DNA of 64,000 nt from Lingula anatina (GCA_051362555.1 CM120643.1:23068848-23132847), one strand, 5' to 3'. Numbered from the stretch's first letter, positions 26,222 to 40,400 are shown. Translations and numbers: made by a program. The notes: generated by a model not told the origin, from the letters alone.

Positions 26222-28446
26222 CTACTTTCGATAGTAAGAGCCCATCTCTGAAATTAACAAATACAATTAATTAGCAAATCGTTTAATAGGATATAAAACT
26301 AAATTAAAGAGATGCAAATACTAGAAAGGTTCAAGAAACGGATGTTTGGCACACTGAATACTCTATGAAACGACTTCTGAAGCACTTTCGATATTAAAAA
26401 AAATTACGATCGTCAATTACGTAGAAAAACTCAGGAGGAGAGAGAGATGCTTTTGAATTATTTGAATGATTTCTTTCCGAAGATCCTACTTACTGGGTGG
26501 GGGTGGTGCATATCCATACTGGGAGCCGTATGATGGGGGATGGTAGTACGGAGCAGGCACGGGGCCGGGATGCGGCGTCCCCTTCATTCCTGCACTGGTG
26601 GCTAAATGAACAAATGTTCACATATACATGCATGTGCAGTATATACAGACTATATTACTTATGATTCAAACATTTTAACGTTCGTGTCAAGCAAACAATT
26701 AATTAGATGTGAACATTTTTCACATGGATAATATTTTATATTTTATAAACTGAAACGATCTCTGGCAACCTGTTTAACTAGGATGTTATTTTTTCCTTTA
26801 GCTTTCGTTATCTTCTCATAAAAAAAAACTTTCATAAAGAATTATAACCAAGACAGTATATCTTGCCCTTGAGATCAGACACAGCAATTCTTGGAACTGA
26901 AATCAATGTGCTAGAGATATGGACTTGAAATGACTAAGTATAATTAGATTACAATAATCAGTCTGAAATGGACAATTTGCATTATTGGAGAAAATATAAA
27001 ATAAGAATGATAATCCATTCCACTGACCTGGCTCATAACCTTCGTTTCTGTCAACTGAAAAATATAAAATATATATCTATTAATTCTCAAAACATTTACC
27101 TCGCTTTTACTAATTATCTCTTTCATTGTGATTTGTTTCGCGGACGATAACTATAATTTGCTAGGTTTTCCATAAACAATCAAACCTAGTGCTTCATAGT
27201 GGCGTAGCAATGAAGCAACTATTGCTGCGCCCCAACAACAGTTCTTTTAATGGTGATCGCATTACTTGCACAAACGAACTTCGTCTATTATTTTAAATTG
27301 TTCTGAAGACACAGAAAAGTGACAAAAAATCAATGTGACCTAATGCCCAGAAGTTTCTTACTCTAGATATTTGCGAGCAGTCTGCAGATTGTCAGTTGTT
27401 TCGGACATCTTTCTGTCGTCAAATACTTAGACCACATTCACAACGAGTTGAGCCAGGCTTTACAAATCCTGGGGACTAAATATGGCGGGCGTACATGAAA
27501 GAAAAACCGCCTAATCTTTTAATAGTCTCTCCGCCTCTCACACGCCTCTCCATGCGTCGTCCCTGCGGGGGTACAGTCATTAAATTTCGGCTCCATTGGG
27601 ACGACACATGGGGAGGCGTGTGAGAGACTATTAAAAGATTAGGCGGTTTTTCTTTCATGTACGCCCGCCATATTTAGTCCCCAGGATTTGTAAAGCCTGG
27701 CTCAACTCGTTGTGAATGCGATCTTAGAAACAAACAACTAATACACCGATTTCTTCGGGAGCTATATGCTTACAATCCTTTGAGAAACATTTTACGACAC
27801 CATTCGCCTTTTCACAGATAATGAAGCACGTGCACCATTTATGAAATATGCGTGTTGCATTCTGGTCAAAGGGACCATTCCCACAGATATTCGGATCGAT
27901 CTATCTCCCTGGGGAGTCTCACTGAATTGCTATCTACTCAACCGATTTAAATGTCTGTCACGCCCAGTAGAGCTGTTGCGGGGTAATTATCTTTACCCCC
28001 TAGCTGATTCGACGGATCGATCTAGGCATGAGAACCCAGTCTAAATGTGTGCATTGATATTTCCGACCAAGCAGCCACGGCTTCCCGCTCTACCGAAAGT
28101 AGGAATGAACACACGACCAGCGGAAATGGGTTAACCGCACTTGCGCGTCATTATCTGTGGAAAGGCGAGTTCTGAGGGCATACCTCGTTCACATATCCCG
28201 GCGTAATGGTTCGTATACTGAGAAAATTGTCCTCCATAGGGCATGCCGTGTATTGGCAAAGCAGAGTAGGTGTCTCGGGATTTAGCTGGCGAGGGATATA
28301 CGCACTTGTATTCGATGGTGTTTATCCTGTTAAACCGGCAAAAAAGCTGTGCGATAAGTTGTGCCCGGGCTGAACGTCTATTGAAAACAGCAGGTAAAAT
28401 ACCTGAAAATAAGTGGAAGTAGTTGAAAGATATAATCATACATACA

Positions 28447-28523
<77 letters not shown>

Positions 28524-30318
28524 TTTGTTTCAGATAGTTCTATTTTCTTTGAATAAAAGTTTAAACTTTTAAGAGAGACGAGCATTGGGTGGTTATTGTG
28601 ATCAAAGACAACCTAGCATAAGTAACAACGAGAGAGAGAGAGAGAGAGAGAGAGAAAACCAATACGGCCTCATCTATACCTGTTAAGTCACCCGGCGCAA
28701 TCAAGGTGTCCACCGGAACGTTTGCCCCAAACAGAACCGGGAAGGTAATAGATCTCAGATTGACGCAGTCCAGATTCCGAAGGTTGCAATCGCCGTCCGT
28801 GAAACAAGAACCGCCCTGAACTAAGATAGAATAAAAAGACAATTGTACAATTGTATGTGTGTCCATAGCAAGTAAGCAACATAACTTTTCGACTTTCTCA
28901 AACCACCGTCCTACCTCGCTTTACTTCTCTTTAACTTTATCTGGGTTCAATTCGTTAACCCCGAAGTCTTATTTTGCCAATGCATTTCCTCTGTATAATT
29001 TTGGATGGGTGAAAAACTTCACAAATTATGACTTTGATAACAGAACTCACAATTTAACAACAATTTATCTCTTACAATTTAGCAAAGGGTATTTTTATTA
29101 CCCCATGGTGTGGTCGACCAAAGTCACAGGCTCTTTTATTTCAAAAACTAGAGTACCATAGAATTTGAGAAGGGATTATACATGTAATAACACTACGGGC
29201 ACGTGTTTCAGTTCTACACAACTGGGAAGGTTTACAATCCAAAAAGGTCGCATATATGCTTTAGGACTCCCCTTCCCTCCGTGACGTTGCCTCGATTTCA
29301 ACACTATGGCTACTAACCTGGAATGCACTCCATCCTCACGGATGCCAGGGCGCTCGTGGCGAGATTGACAGCACTGAATCCGGGAAGACAGGTGCACACG
29401 CGAAAAGGTTGGGTCTCTTCCAGCTGCCCCGCCTTGCGCTCGTAACTGGCAAAAGTGGCACCGTTTACGCCGCCTATCAACAACTCGCAGCTGGAGTACT
29501 TAGCAATACAGATATCTTGCTGTGGATCGCAAGGGCCCAGAAGATCTGAAAATGTTGGAATAACGAGCAATTCTAGGCTTTTTTTTTTCACTTTTTTTGC
29601 GACGCTTGGAGATGAATCGACCACGTACGCCAGCTATTGGGTGTCAAAACCTTTTGTTTTCCTATGACAAAATACATGCTGTCGCCAAACCGATACATGA
29701 TAGTCAAAACATTGCGAAGGATGCACATTTACTAAATATATATTATTAAATATATCATATATTGTTATAAATTGTCAAATAATTTTCTTGAAAGTTTTTC
29801 AAATCCGCCATTGCGGCCAATTTTCATTTCCGGTTATCTGATCAAAAATAAATAAGTAGAATTAATATTCCGCAATGGATTATCTAACATCAAGCGTTTG
29901 CCATTACAACGGTCGTATATTGAACAGACACATACCGACTTCCAGTGCTGCTGTTTTGTAAAATACCAAGCAGAGCAGAAGCACGCACAGAGAAACGCGC
30001 TGAAAAACTTGAAAAGCGGCCATTATGAAACTTCAGACGTTGTCGACTTCGGCGATGTTAAACCCGAGCGAGAAGACCGCAATTTGATGATGTGAACTTT
30101 TGGGGAGTTTTCAAAATTTTATATGTCGTTTTACAGGAAGACAAAAGATGCAACGAATCTCTATTTTCTGATTGGCTGATTTGATATCGTCTGCCACCAC
30201 AACTTGCATCTCATTACAAAGGTTGGCGTAATTACACGATATAACTCGATGCATGAATGAACTAATAGCATGACTTCGCAGAGTGAAACGAATCCTGATA
30301 CATATCTTTTCTCACCAT
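26222..30318 (-). CDS. Secreted 12-Cys / Tyr-Pro-tail protein, copy 2 (~271 aa; most divergent copy)
   Basis: Exons: 30318-30316 (ATG|gtgag, tentative), 29999-29936, 29545-29318, 28820-28680, 28402-28184, 27054-27028, 26601-26494, 26247-26222. Signal RVSLCVLLLCLVFYKTAA; all 12 Cys kept; tail PHPGPVPAPYYHPPSYGSQYGYAPPPPKMGSYYRK*. Confidence 0.78.
27430..27723. mobile_element. Foldback MITE with long near-perfect TIRs in an intron of copy 2
   Basis: Arms starting CATTCACAACGAGTTGAGCC (27435) and ending ...GTTGTGAATG (27718) are exact reverse complements for ~95 bp, then continue past an 8-bp indel. TTA at 27427-27429 and 27724-27726. Confidence 0.88.
28452..28654. repeat. (TA)n and (GA)n microsatellites within the copy-2-specific intron
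   Basis: (TA)n at ~28452-28520 and (GA)n at ~28630-28654. Confidence 0.9.
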
Positions 30319-33300
30319 TTTTGTTAGTTTTTTTTAATTACACATGTTGCTTTTGTTCAAGTCATAATCCTCTTCTATGCACGAGTCTCTAAAATTACAA
30401 GCAAACAAACAGTCATAAACGCGACCAGTCCCTGCCTTTTTTTAACATGCAGTAGACCCTACCTGTTCCTTGGCTTCAACTTAAAGGTATGATTTCGTAT
30501 ATTCTCTATGTCTACTAGTACATATCCCGAGAAGCTACTCTTCTTTCCCAAATCACACTGTAGAGACGATAAACCCTCAAATAAAAATACTTGGTGCCGA
30601 TATTTGCTTCTGAAATGTGCATAAAGACATGGCGATCTTAGTGACTGGCCAATCATTTAGAACAAATGATTTAATTGAAAATGGTTTAAAACCTCGAAGC
30701 CAAGTGCAGGAATTTTGTTGTGCAATGATTTATGGATAAGAGATTTTTTCTTTGAGGGTAATTCAAATGCCGGTAGGACATATTTTAAACGCATTGTTTC
30801 CTTTTCTCCCGGTCCTTCCAAATTTCTTAGAGCAACCATTGCTTTTAGGCTTCATATGACACAGAAATATATGTAAAATTAAGAATTAAGTTCAACAGTA
30901 TCCTTTTACTTTTAAATATCGGTCACTTGACACAAATCAAGTGAAAGTGCTCTAATAATAAGACTACCGTGTTATCCTACGTAAGTTTTCAGTCGTGTTC
31001 TCCCTGATACTACGATTAATCATAATACTTGAACAAAAATGCAATCATTGATTAGGATATAGTGGTGACACCTGTCGGATGCCTAGTTAGCGCAGGGTCC
31101 TTGTACTCTCCACCAGAGGTCAGCTGGGTGATGACGTCATTTCTGTGCAAAAATTATCGCTCACAGTGGGGAAATGAGCACATACCTGGCCAGAAAAATA
31201 TGTCTGTGAATATCTAGTGAAAAATCTCTCTGCGGGGCTGGAGGAGGGCAAGTTCCTTGTGGGTTGTATAAGTAAATGGCTCCTAGTAGGCTGTTTAAGT
31301 AATTGCCCTGTTATTTTCAGCAGTCATAGTTTTCATGTTGTTCATTAGAGGATAACAAGAGTTTGGTTTTGGTTTGAAATAAACGAGTAGTGAAAAGAAT
31401 GGCCAATGGTCACCACCACTGACCCTGCTGCGCTCGTGAGTGATAAATGTGACCACATTTGCATCTCAACAAACACATTTTAAAAAGGACATATTGTATC
31501 AGAAAAAAGGGGGGCTTGTCTGCTATGTTGGTATCACTATATAACGGTATGCTCATTAACGACCAATGCGCATCTTACTTGGCTTAAATGGTATGTTCGG
31601 CAAAACACTTCTCAGGCAGACGTTCAACAAAACAATTCCGCCAATATCACGCATTTCCTTTACACTGTACATGTACATGTAGTAGTGGTATGAAACTTGA
31701 CTGTATCCAAAAGTGATAATAATGTATGGAAAGAACAAACCGATAGGCAGAGAGATGCACTTGTAATCGTCTTCCATCTCATTTTAGGTGCGAGTACTAC
31801 AATTACACCACGATAACACGTGACCGCTATCGACTCCCAGGCTAACGGTATGCTAATGTCAGGTAAGTACATTGTATTATGAGATATTATCTTCAGTACG
31901 GTAGACCAGGCCTACAGTATATAATTACTGCGATAACAAATGCATAATGTAATCATTTTTGAAGCTGTGGCTAATAAGAATAAGACAGCAAGGATTTTTT
32001 TATGTATATTTATCAGAATGTTCTCTATTTCTTTCACGACAGAACATGAGAGCGCGAAAAGTTAGAGCAAATACCTAATACAGATTGCTGTGATCAGTAA
32101 AAATAACAGCCATTCAAACCTTTGATCAACTTTGTCTTAGCGCTCTGTACAATATAAATATTAAGAACTCAAATTCTAAATAAAATCCAAAATTACCAAG
32201 CACACTCCCTTGAAATCCATCAACGTCAGGAAGCATTAAATAGCTTTCTAGCGGAAAGTTGTCGTTGACTTTTTGTTAAACCAATCCAGTGCTTATACAG
32301 TAAGCATATACCCATCAAATACCGTATATATCAGTGCTTATACAGTTAAAATATGCTAATCAAATAATACATTTTACATAATGGTCCTTATATAGAAATC
32401 GTTATTTTACTACACAAAAGCGCATATTTTGGACGGTCCAATCCTGTGTGTTTTGCTTATGCCTCATGGCCGTTAGAAGAGTTTCGGAGAGGCAGGATGC
32501 ACTAGGAGACTGTGAACTTGTAAATTAAAGAAAAATATTCGGATAACCACCTTGAAAAATCATTATACGAGGACTATTTGCGCTCTGGTTGCACCATATT
32601 TAGATGAAGTCTACAAGCAGAATGTCTCTTCAAAAAATAGTTGATATCAACATCTTTGATTGTCTAACATTTTTTTTTGTTTTGGTGAAGGGGTTCAGGA
32701 CCAAACAGCAAGTCTCTTCCTCAGACACATTGTTATGAATGCTATCATATGATTTAATAATCGGCGTTTTCATCACTTCTCTTGTTATTCGTTTTAGTTA
32801 ATAAAAATAACATAATATTAAAAAAATTCCTTTATATATTTATTTGTTCTTGTTAGTGGTCTGGTGAGGATTAGAAGAGTAATTACTTATATAGCAGTTT
32901 TAACACATTAAAAGGAAATGAAAACCGTGGAAGCAGTATTAACACATTAAAAGGAAATTAAACCATGGAAGCCTGTGAAGGCATCTGAGATATTATGTCT
33001 GCCGTTTAAAACAGCGCCGTCGTTGAATAAGGAAGTAATAAAATGATGGACACAGATTACTGCGCATGCCAACTGGCAATTACCTCTGCACGCTGGGGTG
33101 AATTTTATCGCTCTCCCGATAAGCGTGTTCATTATTTCCTTGGCCAAGCAAGTAAATAGAATTTGATAATACTCATTATAGTTTTATATTAGAATCTCTG
33201 TGATTATGTGGCGCGCTATCGGCGCAAGGGGGGAAATTCCGTGACCTGCTGAACAAGGTGAATTGATTTTAACGGGCTTGGACTTTTAGAGATGTTGATC

Positions 33301-34408
33301 TCGTTCGAGGTTTTGACGCGGAACCTTCTCGGAGTCTTTTATTTATCTTTTATTCATATATTACTATCTAGTTTACCCCGTACGTCAGCTTTAAACCCAC
33401 GGCATGTCACAGTTTCTGTCATTTTATTAATTATATGTCTATTTTACTTTGCCAGGTTGTGAAGTTGAAAACGCGATATTAGAACTTAGCCACGCCTTCC
33501 ATCCCCACCCCTTCCCCACACTACTTTGAACTCAGTTTGGATATTCCTGGGTACTGTTTTCCGAAATAATGGCTGGTTTACGTATAATGATACATGTAAA
33601 AAGTAGTCCGCTAGTGCTACCGCCTGCTGTACATTCCGACATGCTAGTGTTAGAAAAAAGTAAGAGGACAGATTTTCAATTTTAAAATATAAACATTTAT
33701 TTTTCATACATTACAATAATAAATAACCCGCACAGCGCATAGAAAAATATGTCCTTTGGTAAAGATTACAGTAATAGCTGCGGTAGTTGTTATCTCGCAG
33801 CATAAATTTTATAATGCACACCCTGATTGTTCTAGGTGTGACTTCTAGTTGCACCAACATCAGCATTGCGTTGGATGTGCTGAATTGGCGTAACCGCACC
33901 GACTCCCATTTCTCCGAATGTTTCTTGGGCATAAGCATCAGGTGCTTCCACCTTCATTGGCCCTTGTTCCTTGGTTGCAGACAAAATATACAAATGAGCC
34001 TTTAATGAGCAAGTGTCTGAGTTACTGTTACAAGAAGTTGGTGTATGACCGGAAGAAAGCCAAAGTCTATCAGGACCTTTCTTAAAAGTCCGTCATGATT
34101 GGCATTCGTATTTATTATCTGGTCTAAAATTGAGCTCATAATCGCACAAATGTATATTTTGCATGCCACCTCTAACTGTTCGTCACAGCTTCTAATTTTT
34201 TTCTCGGTTTTTAATTTGCAAAATTGTAGAAGTAAACAAAACCAAAACTGGCTTATTCACAACTCCAAACCAGATGTTGGAGACCAGAATGACTGCTTTG
34301 GAAGAAATTCCCAAATTATTGACAAATGCATTGTCCGTTACTCCGCGCATAGTCGTCGACGTCTTGAAAGGCAAAAGCTGACCGCTGTCCAAATCAATAC
34401 CCACTGAT

Positions 34409-36537
34409 TTACTTGCCGTACCCGTAGTTGTTGTAGCCACTGCCGTATGGAGAATAACCACCTCCGTATCCCGTGCCGTAGCCAGTACCGTAGCCTGTAC
34501 CGTAGCCTCCGTAATTTGGAACGGCCTGTCCGTAACCGGGAGCTGGCTGTCCGTAACTGGAGTATCCACCGTAAGCTGTTTTGGAAAGAAAGAAATAATA
34601 TTTTTAAATGTTTGAAATAATGAAAAAAAATTTAATGTCACGTTTTTTTGTTGTCGAGGAGAGTTTATTGTTATGAAAAAGCGTGAACGTGTGCTTTTAT
34701 TGTAACCATATTTTTAAAGACAGAGAGAGAGAGAAAAAGAGTTAGACAGAGAGCGAGAGAGAAAGAGAGAGAGAATAAAAATCTATACGTACGATTGTAT
34801 GGCTGTGGTTGTGGCTTAGGTGCTGGAGCAGTGTGTCCCTTCTGGCTGACTGAGCTGGCTGTAAAACAAGAATGTTGTATGTGAATTAAAAGACGAGCTT
34901 CATTCATACGAAAAAAGAAGTGCATTCGAGTATAAAGAAGAAAAAACACCGATCTAATACTGGAATGAATCGCATTCTTTAACTGTCGAAGTCAATTAAT
35001 TTCATCAATATTGCTATTATTCAGAACTGTGTCAACTCCGGATTAAGCCCGCCATTTAAAGTCGTTTCCCAAATCGCAATTTTACCTAGCAGATAAAGGA
35101 ATGTTGTCGAAATTCAATTTGAGCAACGATTTTATGTGTTTACGAAAATTTAATAAAATTGATCATTTTTGGCGATTTTATTTGCGGACTTGAAAATGAA
35201 TATAACGTACCTGATGGGTATCCCTCATTTCTGTTAACTCTCTGGCAAGTGCCACCGAAACCGCCACCGGATCCGCTGGTTCCATGACTGCTGCCGTAGG
35301 TGCCACCGTACATGTAAGTGTCCTGTTTTGTTGGGCTTGAGTAGGTACATTTGTACTCAATGGTGTTGACACGGTTGAAACCACACAGGAACTGAGTTGA
35401 AAGCTGCAAGAAGCCGGCGATGAAAGCATAGATCGCCTGGGTACCGGGAGTCAAGAATCCTGGGGCGAACAGGCTGTCGGAGTTCAGTTGGCCAGTGGCG
35501 CCGAAGATGCCAGGGAGCAGGGAAAGAAGTGGGAGGCAATCCAAGTTACGGATGTTACAGTCTCCATCGGTGTAGCAGGAAGCACCCTCAACTGGAAGTT
35601 TAAAAAAAGAAAAAATATTACATGTAAGTTTGGTATATATTGTTGTGGAAATACTAATTATCTTAGTTTTCGTAATTATATTAAACCTTACGTTATCGCT
35701 TGTATTGGTCTTGATTAACAACGCAATCTAACGGTAAAATTGTGTTCAGTTTTTATTCACTGGAACTAAAGCAAGAAAGCAGACACAGGTCTTTTTTATT
35801 ATAGATAAAAAAATATGCCATATTCAATTTTACCTGGGACACATTCCAGACGGACGCTGTCACCGACAGCTTTTCCGATGTTGACAGCGCTGAAGCCTGG
35901 GAGACAAGTACATCTTCTGGAGTTGGCGTTCACCTCAAGGAGACCGGCTTTAGCTTCCACCATGGCGTATTTCTCACCGTTGACATTTCCGAGGAATGGC
36001 TCGCAGCTGGAGTACTTGGCAACACAGATATCTTTGTGGGGATCGCATACACCGAGCAGATCTGGACAAATTAAATTACAAATTGTCTGATTAGATATAT
36101 TTTTTATCTCTCATTTTTGTCGTAAGTCTTAAAAAAGCCTTTGAAATACTGCAATTACGCATATCGCGCACATCCAAACGAGGACATTAGTATATTGAGG
36201 GAATCCTCAAATTTACCTGTATTATTTTATAATTCTACTAAATCTAAACTCGCAGATAAAAATAAAGCCCAGGTTAAACAGAAGAGATCATTCTTTTTCT
36301 GTTTGTATTGCTCTCAAAATTTGCAAGGTTTTGAGTAATTCTATTTTTCTCTTTGCTTGGAACGAGGCTCATAGCTGAATGTATTATTTCTTGTAAAAAA
36401 AACTCCCTCAAAAACAACCACAGAATTAACTAATGGTACAAATTCTAGAATCTTTACGCTAAAATGCACTTACCCACTTCTGCACCTCTAACCAGAGCCA
36501 CGCAGCATACTACAACAAGCGACGATACCCAATGCAT
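34409..36537 (-). CDS. Secreted 12-Cys / Gly-Tyr-tail protein, copy 3 (301 aa)
   Basis: Exons 36537-36474, 36061-35834, 35591-35211, 34858-34793, 34575-34409. Signal MHWVSSLVVVCCVALVRG; tail ...YGGYGTGYGTGYGTGYGGGYSPYGSGYNNYGYGK*. Confidence 0.9.
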
Positions 36538-37465
36538 CTAAGAGAAGAAAAATTCAAGATATAAGACTTAACGTACAACTAGGTAGATAAAAGAGAGTCT
36601 TCCATAATTTATTCCATCCTATTCATGATTAACTCTGCACTGGTTTTTAAGCCTAAACAGTCTGATTTTGATTTCGGTAAATTCTTTATTAATCCTTGGT
36701 CGCAACACGAAGTTACTTGTTAGTGTGATATATTTTGGAAATTTATCTTTTGATGTGCGAGACATAACAGCAGTGCATAGGTTATTGAGGAATTTGAGAT
36801 ACATGGAACTCTTAAACGCCTTGGCTACGATCTCTCGGCTTAAAATATCTAAATAATCCAGGGCCTGAATAAGATGTAAACACCTTTCTTCAAAATGGTA
36901 CAGAAGTATACGGACGAATTATATAAACTGCATTTACTTATTCTGATGTGCATTGTTTTCACTCCTCAATAATTTATATTAATTAAGAAAAACTTAATCG
37001 CATAAACAACTTTACCTGTGCATTTTCAGCATTGAAGGGGACATAGGGTGAAGATGATGTGGCGAATTAAAAAATGTAGTCTTCATTTAATGTCGTTGCT
37101 ATGATATGAAGCGTTAGCATGTTCCAGTTTATGCAGTTGTTGGAAATTGCATTCGGAGTAAAATGTTTTTAAAACGTTTAAGGTAATTCTCGAAAACATC
37201 TCGTATGATACCGCAGCAACTGAGCAGTACCAGTACAATGTCTAAATATACCCTCACAGACAGTAGTAACAAGCAAATGGAATGAAACGAAATGAAATGA
37301 AATAAAATTCAGAGAAGTAGTTGAATTACCTTTGTAGTGTAACAGGAATCGGTTCAACCACCTTCAGTTCACGTATATTCCTACTGGCCGATGAGATGCG
37401 CGGCCGACACTTGCTTTCCCTCCAAAGCACGTTTCTATCGTGAAGTCCATGGAGAAGAGAGTCAA

Positions 37466-37473
37466 CTTTTATA
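37466..37473 (-). promoter_or_regulatory. TATA box (TATAAAAG) of copy 3, upstream of a putative non-coding first exon
   Basis: AAAG|GTAATT donor at ~37329; the coding exon starts AG|ATG, so an upstream UTR exon is required. Confidence 0.6.
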
Positions 37474-40400
37474 CCCTCCTCGAGTGACCACATCGGCCAG
37501 CCGGAAACAAATTAAAATTTTGCATCCCCATTGTTTGATTGCGGTTCGTGAATATCGTCAACTAATTGGTCCACTAGTTGTTATCGCACTGATCTGCATG
37601 AAATTAGCGTAAGCGGACTTCTACGCGTATTCATTAAATTTAATGTCATGCAGTTGACCACTTTTCGCATCTCATTTCCTTGAGGTAAATCTTTTTGAAG
37701 ATAGGAATATGGGATGTGAGAGAGCAAATTTTTCTACCTATTTTATTTTATTTTCTTTTAATTCTTCTGCAACCCAGCACGCATATTTGATAAAAAAAGA
37801 TTATTTTTTGTAACATTTCAACAAAATTCCTTGCAGCAGCACATCTTAAACTCTGACACGACAGATAAAATTCTTAGATTAATTCAGACTGTCTGGTGAA
37901 CCCTCATCATTAGGATCGTTATCATCTTATAATTTGCATTAATAACATATAGACTTATCGGCTATTTATATCAGGAAAACTTAAGCTGCTATTGCGATGG
38001 CGACGAGCCGGTTCGTCCTATAATTTATTTCAGCGTCACGAGATATACCGTCTTGATATTTTACTGAAGAAATAGCGGGATCTGACCTGTACTTGGAGTT
38101 CCTTCTGTTTATCGATAAATCTCAGAATGGACAAAACGTGAAATTAAAGAGCACTTCAGTTCACATTTTGCTACTTGTACGAATTTCATTGGAGGTCTCG
38201 AGGAAAAGAAAGGGCAGCTAGCAAATAATGTAAACTGTATAAACGTTTACTCTTTCAAAGTTAGTTCCTTCTTTGCTGGTCAGTATCTATTAATGTTCAT
38301 TGACGGGTTATTTCACCTGCAATTTGTAACATTCCGTAGTTCTGTTATTTGACTGAGAGCGATAAGGGTATGATACGCCGCTGTTGTCTATAAAAACCAG
38401 AAAATTCAGTTCTTGTCCTGTAGCGCTGAAACTTTGTAATAGACGCAATATGGAAAATACGCTACCGTTATCTTTCGTTCGTTCATTCGTTCGTTCATTT
38501 CATTTTTTTCCTTTTTGTATCTTTTTTTACTTCATATTTTTGTGGCTCTTTGATGTTTTTTGGTGGCACTTTGATGTAACATTGTGTAAGAAGGGTTTAA
38601 CATGCCATAGGTACTGAACATTTGGGTAATGTTCCATAAAGAAATGCTTGACACAGAAACGTAATAAAGGGACATCGGAATTTATGTGTACACAAAGTAT
38701 TATATAAAATAAAAATTGAAAAATCAGAATGTAGTGACGATAACTCCGGGCAGAGGATACAGGAGACATTTATCAAGTTAGTGATGAGCCCAAGAGAAAT
38801 TATCTTCACAGGTAGATTTTTTGAAAACAATTAGCTAGGCCTTTTTAACAGATATTTATGCAGGCTAATGTGTACAAATTGAAGTCTTTCTTACGAATTC
38901 GTGATATTGGTGGCGCTATGGAGATTAACTCACACAGCTCTTTAAACAGAGAAATTTTACATTTAAATTATTAATTTAATTATTAAATTATCATCTAAAC
39001 CACAGACTTTCCTAACTGGCAATGTTGACGCAGGGAGAGATTATATCTGCCACGTAAAAACACGACCAGAACGACGTGCGTGTTCTCTTTATTAAACGAT
39101 CCCCATGTTTGAATTTAAAGCTATAAATAGTAAAAGATTACCTCAAATCATGGTTGTATGAATAACCACTGAATATGGATGTTGCTGAATGAATTCACAC
39201 CAATTTGCATTCAGAAGAACTTTGATGAAGATAACGGACCGGTCTCAATTTACATAAATACTTACATGTTTACGTGCTGCGATTATGAATATTTCAGAAT
39301 TATTATTTTCTCTTGATTATTTTCTTTTTATTTGCTTTTGTTCAGAAAAATGTTTTCATAGTAATAAACTTCTCATGCGAAGTGCAAGAAAAATTTACAT
39401 CAATCACTGTCGGTGTGAAGTATAGGGAGTTCTCTTCTCCATTTTTTCAAAGCAAAATGGCAATTTCAGAAACGCTTCCCTCCCCCACCGTACAAAAGAG
39501 GGGAAGACTCGTTCGTTGACCTACAGAAACGTCCTAGATTCAACAATATATATCAATTAAATCTCTCAGGTCATCTTCATATGCTGGGCCCTCCCTCAAC
39601 ACACCTAAGAACAAAAATCTACATCCCTTAGTGAAATTATTGGTTCTCAGAAAAAATAAAATGCTCCCCATCATCAAGATGACAAGTAGACTGCGTCTGT
39701 GTGACATTCGATTTTGGTGTAATTATGGGAGAGCTGCAACCAGTATATATACACGTACGACAATAAGCTGTAATTAAAAAGGGTCGGATCTTACTTTTAT
39801 TTTCGTTATCATTGCCCTTTTTTGTTTTGTTGTGCTTTGTTTTTAATATGCGAACGTATTTCTGCACCTCATAAGCTGATCTTGTGTATTAAGCACAGTG
39901 CCATTTTCTGTACTGATGTATCTAACCGTCTCTTACTCTATACCTGATCTTTTCCGTATACTATGGTAGGCGACATTTCTCGTGAAATGGACACATGCCC
40001 TCGCAATGCAAAATACTTAATCAACTTTTATGCTTTAAAGAAAAGCGTGCGAAAACACCACTCCCTGGGCCTATGAATACCCCTACCCAGTGAAAGAACC
40101 CTGACTGTATACATGTACGGCCCCGGGAATGTAGGCATACATATTGTACGCTGCCTGCGTAGATATTCAGATAAGGTATCGGATCAGTAGCGGTAAGGCA
40201 AACTCACACGATGAATATTGTTGTAATCATCATAATTGTGCTTTATAAACATGAATTTATAATCTGTCTAGTACTTTTCTAATAGGTCTACTTCCATACA
40301 TGTCTGTGCATACGCCCCCCCCCCCCCCTCCCTTCCCACACATGAATTAAAATGCCCTTTTTGCGCCCCTGGGAAAATAAATACGAGCAGCGCATATTTA

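Noticed and set aside
28561-28866. Copy 2 as a pseudogene disrupted by microsatellites
   Set aside because: A GT-AG intron (28679-28403) removes the repeats and restores the frame and alignment.
30459-31232. Adjacent short minus ORFs as a decayed transposase; ~40-bp inverted match between 31190-31230 and 6130-6170
   Set aside because: No recognisable catalytic motifs or ends; at most a fragment of an unclassified dispersed repeat.
34192-34641. 149-aa Thr/Val-rich ORF as a mucin-like gene
   Set aside because: It is an alternative frame of the Gly/Tyr terminal exon of copy 3; splice phase selects the GY frame.
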